From NCBI RefSeq assembly GCF_009914755.1, contig NC_060937.1: DNA of 64,000 bases. One strand, 5' to 3'. This DNA is from the human T2T-CHM13v2.0 reference genome, Homo sapiens. A program made the position numbers and the translations under genes. The notes under the pieces were generated by a model. It saw nothing but the letters and a program-made list of their open reading frames with translations, was not told the DNA's origin and ran no database searches. This document shows positions 62,481 to 64,000 of this stretch, piece by piece; position 1 is the stretch's first letter, and each line of letters opens with the position of its first letter.

Positions 62481-64000
62481 ATTGAGTTTTGGGAGTTATG
62501 TTGGGTATTAAAATACTGATTTGATTTCTCAAAGTGATGCCTTTATTGAAGCAAATGACACACTTATTAATGACATAGGCTTCCATTATCTGATTAAACG
62601 CTTGACTTTACTGACCTGTTACTTTACCTTTGAGACTTCATTTCCTACCTGGCTAGCACAATTCTCACCCTGTGAAAAGGAAGGTCAATGCTAATCAGAA
62701 CACTTTTCACAAGGTTATATAAAATGCTAGCTAATCCTGAAAACTTCACTTTTTTTGTAGAGGCATGTTTTTCTCTTGCTTTTATTTCTTAAAGAAAGTA
62801 GTGGTAGGTATTTTTCTTTTTAAAGCTGGATACAGCAAGTAAAATGCATGACTGCTTATTTTATTTTAGGTTTGGATTAGATGAGAAAAACAGATAGGCA
62901 TTTAGAATGCCCTTCTTCACCTTGCAATGAATCTGACTCATAGGCAATTTATAGCAACGCATACAGTTTTAAAAGTTGCTGCAGTAATAGTCAGCAGTCA
63001 AACTGTTATAATTTAAACTGACTAAGATGCCCTCAGAGAACACATTTTACAAGAAACCTAAAATTTATTGAAAAACAATGTGAGTTAGGTTTTCCATTTG
63101 TTGTATTTCCATTCCTGAGGAAATCAGTGGCAATAACGCTTGTTAAGTTGGCATCCTGCTTGATGTTTTCACCATGCAAGTTAAACATTCAGTTTCAAAA
63201 ACCAAAGACAAGGTCAGAATTATACTGCTTTCCCGTCCACCTGACTATAATATAATTCATCTTTCAGAACATTTCCAAGTGTTTCAATATTCCACATCCT
63301 CTATGAAATATACAAGTGTTTTTTTCTCATTCTTACGGAGATTTTCAGATACATCTAACATAAATTCCAAAAGGTATAATAATATTTAAAAATATTATTT
63401 TTCATTAAAGATTTTGTGATTGAATGGTGATAAGTATGGTCAGGTTTATCTGGTAAACAATACAAAATGACAAAGTAATGTAATGAGAAGAGAGCCACTA
63501 GGATTTAAAAAAATAATTCTTTGCTGTGAATTAACAGAGAAATCGTTTTTAAAAAAATACACATTTATTAAAACAATGCTTTTTATTATGATGAGATTTT
63601 TTTTAAAAAGTATGGTTGAAAATGAAGTTTGGAAAAAAATTAAGATTCTTAACTTACAGCATTTTTAATATTTCTGTTTCTATCTTTCTGCCATAACTTG
63701 GTTTATGTATAAGGTGAGCATTCAGCTTGGTTTGTCTGAGACAGTCCCAATTTAAGCCTGAGTCTCAGCATCATTATGGATATTACCCATTTTACTCTAA
63801 ACTGGAGATTTGGATGATAAATTATATAGTCACATTTTTATGGGATATATTTCAAGAAGTACCCATTCTTTCTTTGGCTCGTCACTTTATCAGTCATTCC
63901 TGTAAACATTTTATGGCATGTTTGAGGATTAACACTACCATTGCAAAAGTTTCAACAGAAACAGCATCTATGGAGAATTAAGATTTTTAAGGAAATGCAA

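Noticed and set aside
62850-63720. Splice-like signals (ttttattttag at ~62869; aag|gtgagc at ~63713)
   Set aside because: No coherent reading frame or paired sites; such motifs are common by chance in AT-rich DNA.

Overview
AT-rich, CpG-poor primate (very probably human) DNA with no intact protein-coding gene; almost every ORF in the track is L1, Alu, THE1 or Tigger debris. It holds one processed HNRNPA1 pseudogene (minus strand, ~5785-7875, split by an L1 insertion), about eight Alus, several L1s, two complete THE1 (MaLR) proviral elements, solo LTRs, DNA-transposon fossils (Tigger1, MER82, MER47A, MER20, MER30, MER94, MADE1) and L2/MIR remnants, many of them nested. Repeat family names come from my recollection of consensus sequences, not from a search. 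The best signals are structural. (1) Two adjacent L1s form a ~1.4-kb inverted repeat (41024-42440 / 43487-44901) whose arms share at least 8 non-consensus variant sites, including the same ORF2 stop codon, while their 3' UTRs look like different subfamilies; this suggests arm-to-arm gene conversion and a possibly invertible ~1-kb spacer. (2) Two apparent L1 3' transductions and one possible 5' transduction place old sequence inside younger elements. (3) An L1 and an Alu are fused tail-to-tail with both tails lost. (4) One L1MA copy carries a cluster of fold-back/template-switch scars. (5) There are short dispersed duplications of unique sequence. I found no convincing new gene system.
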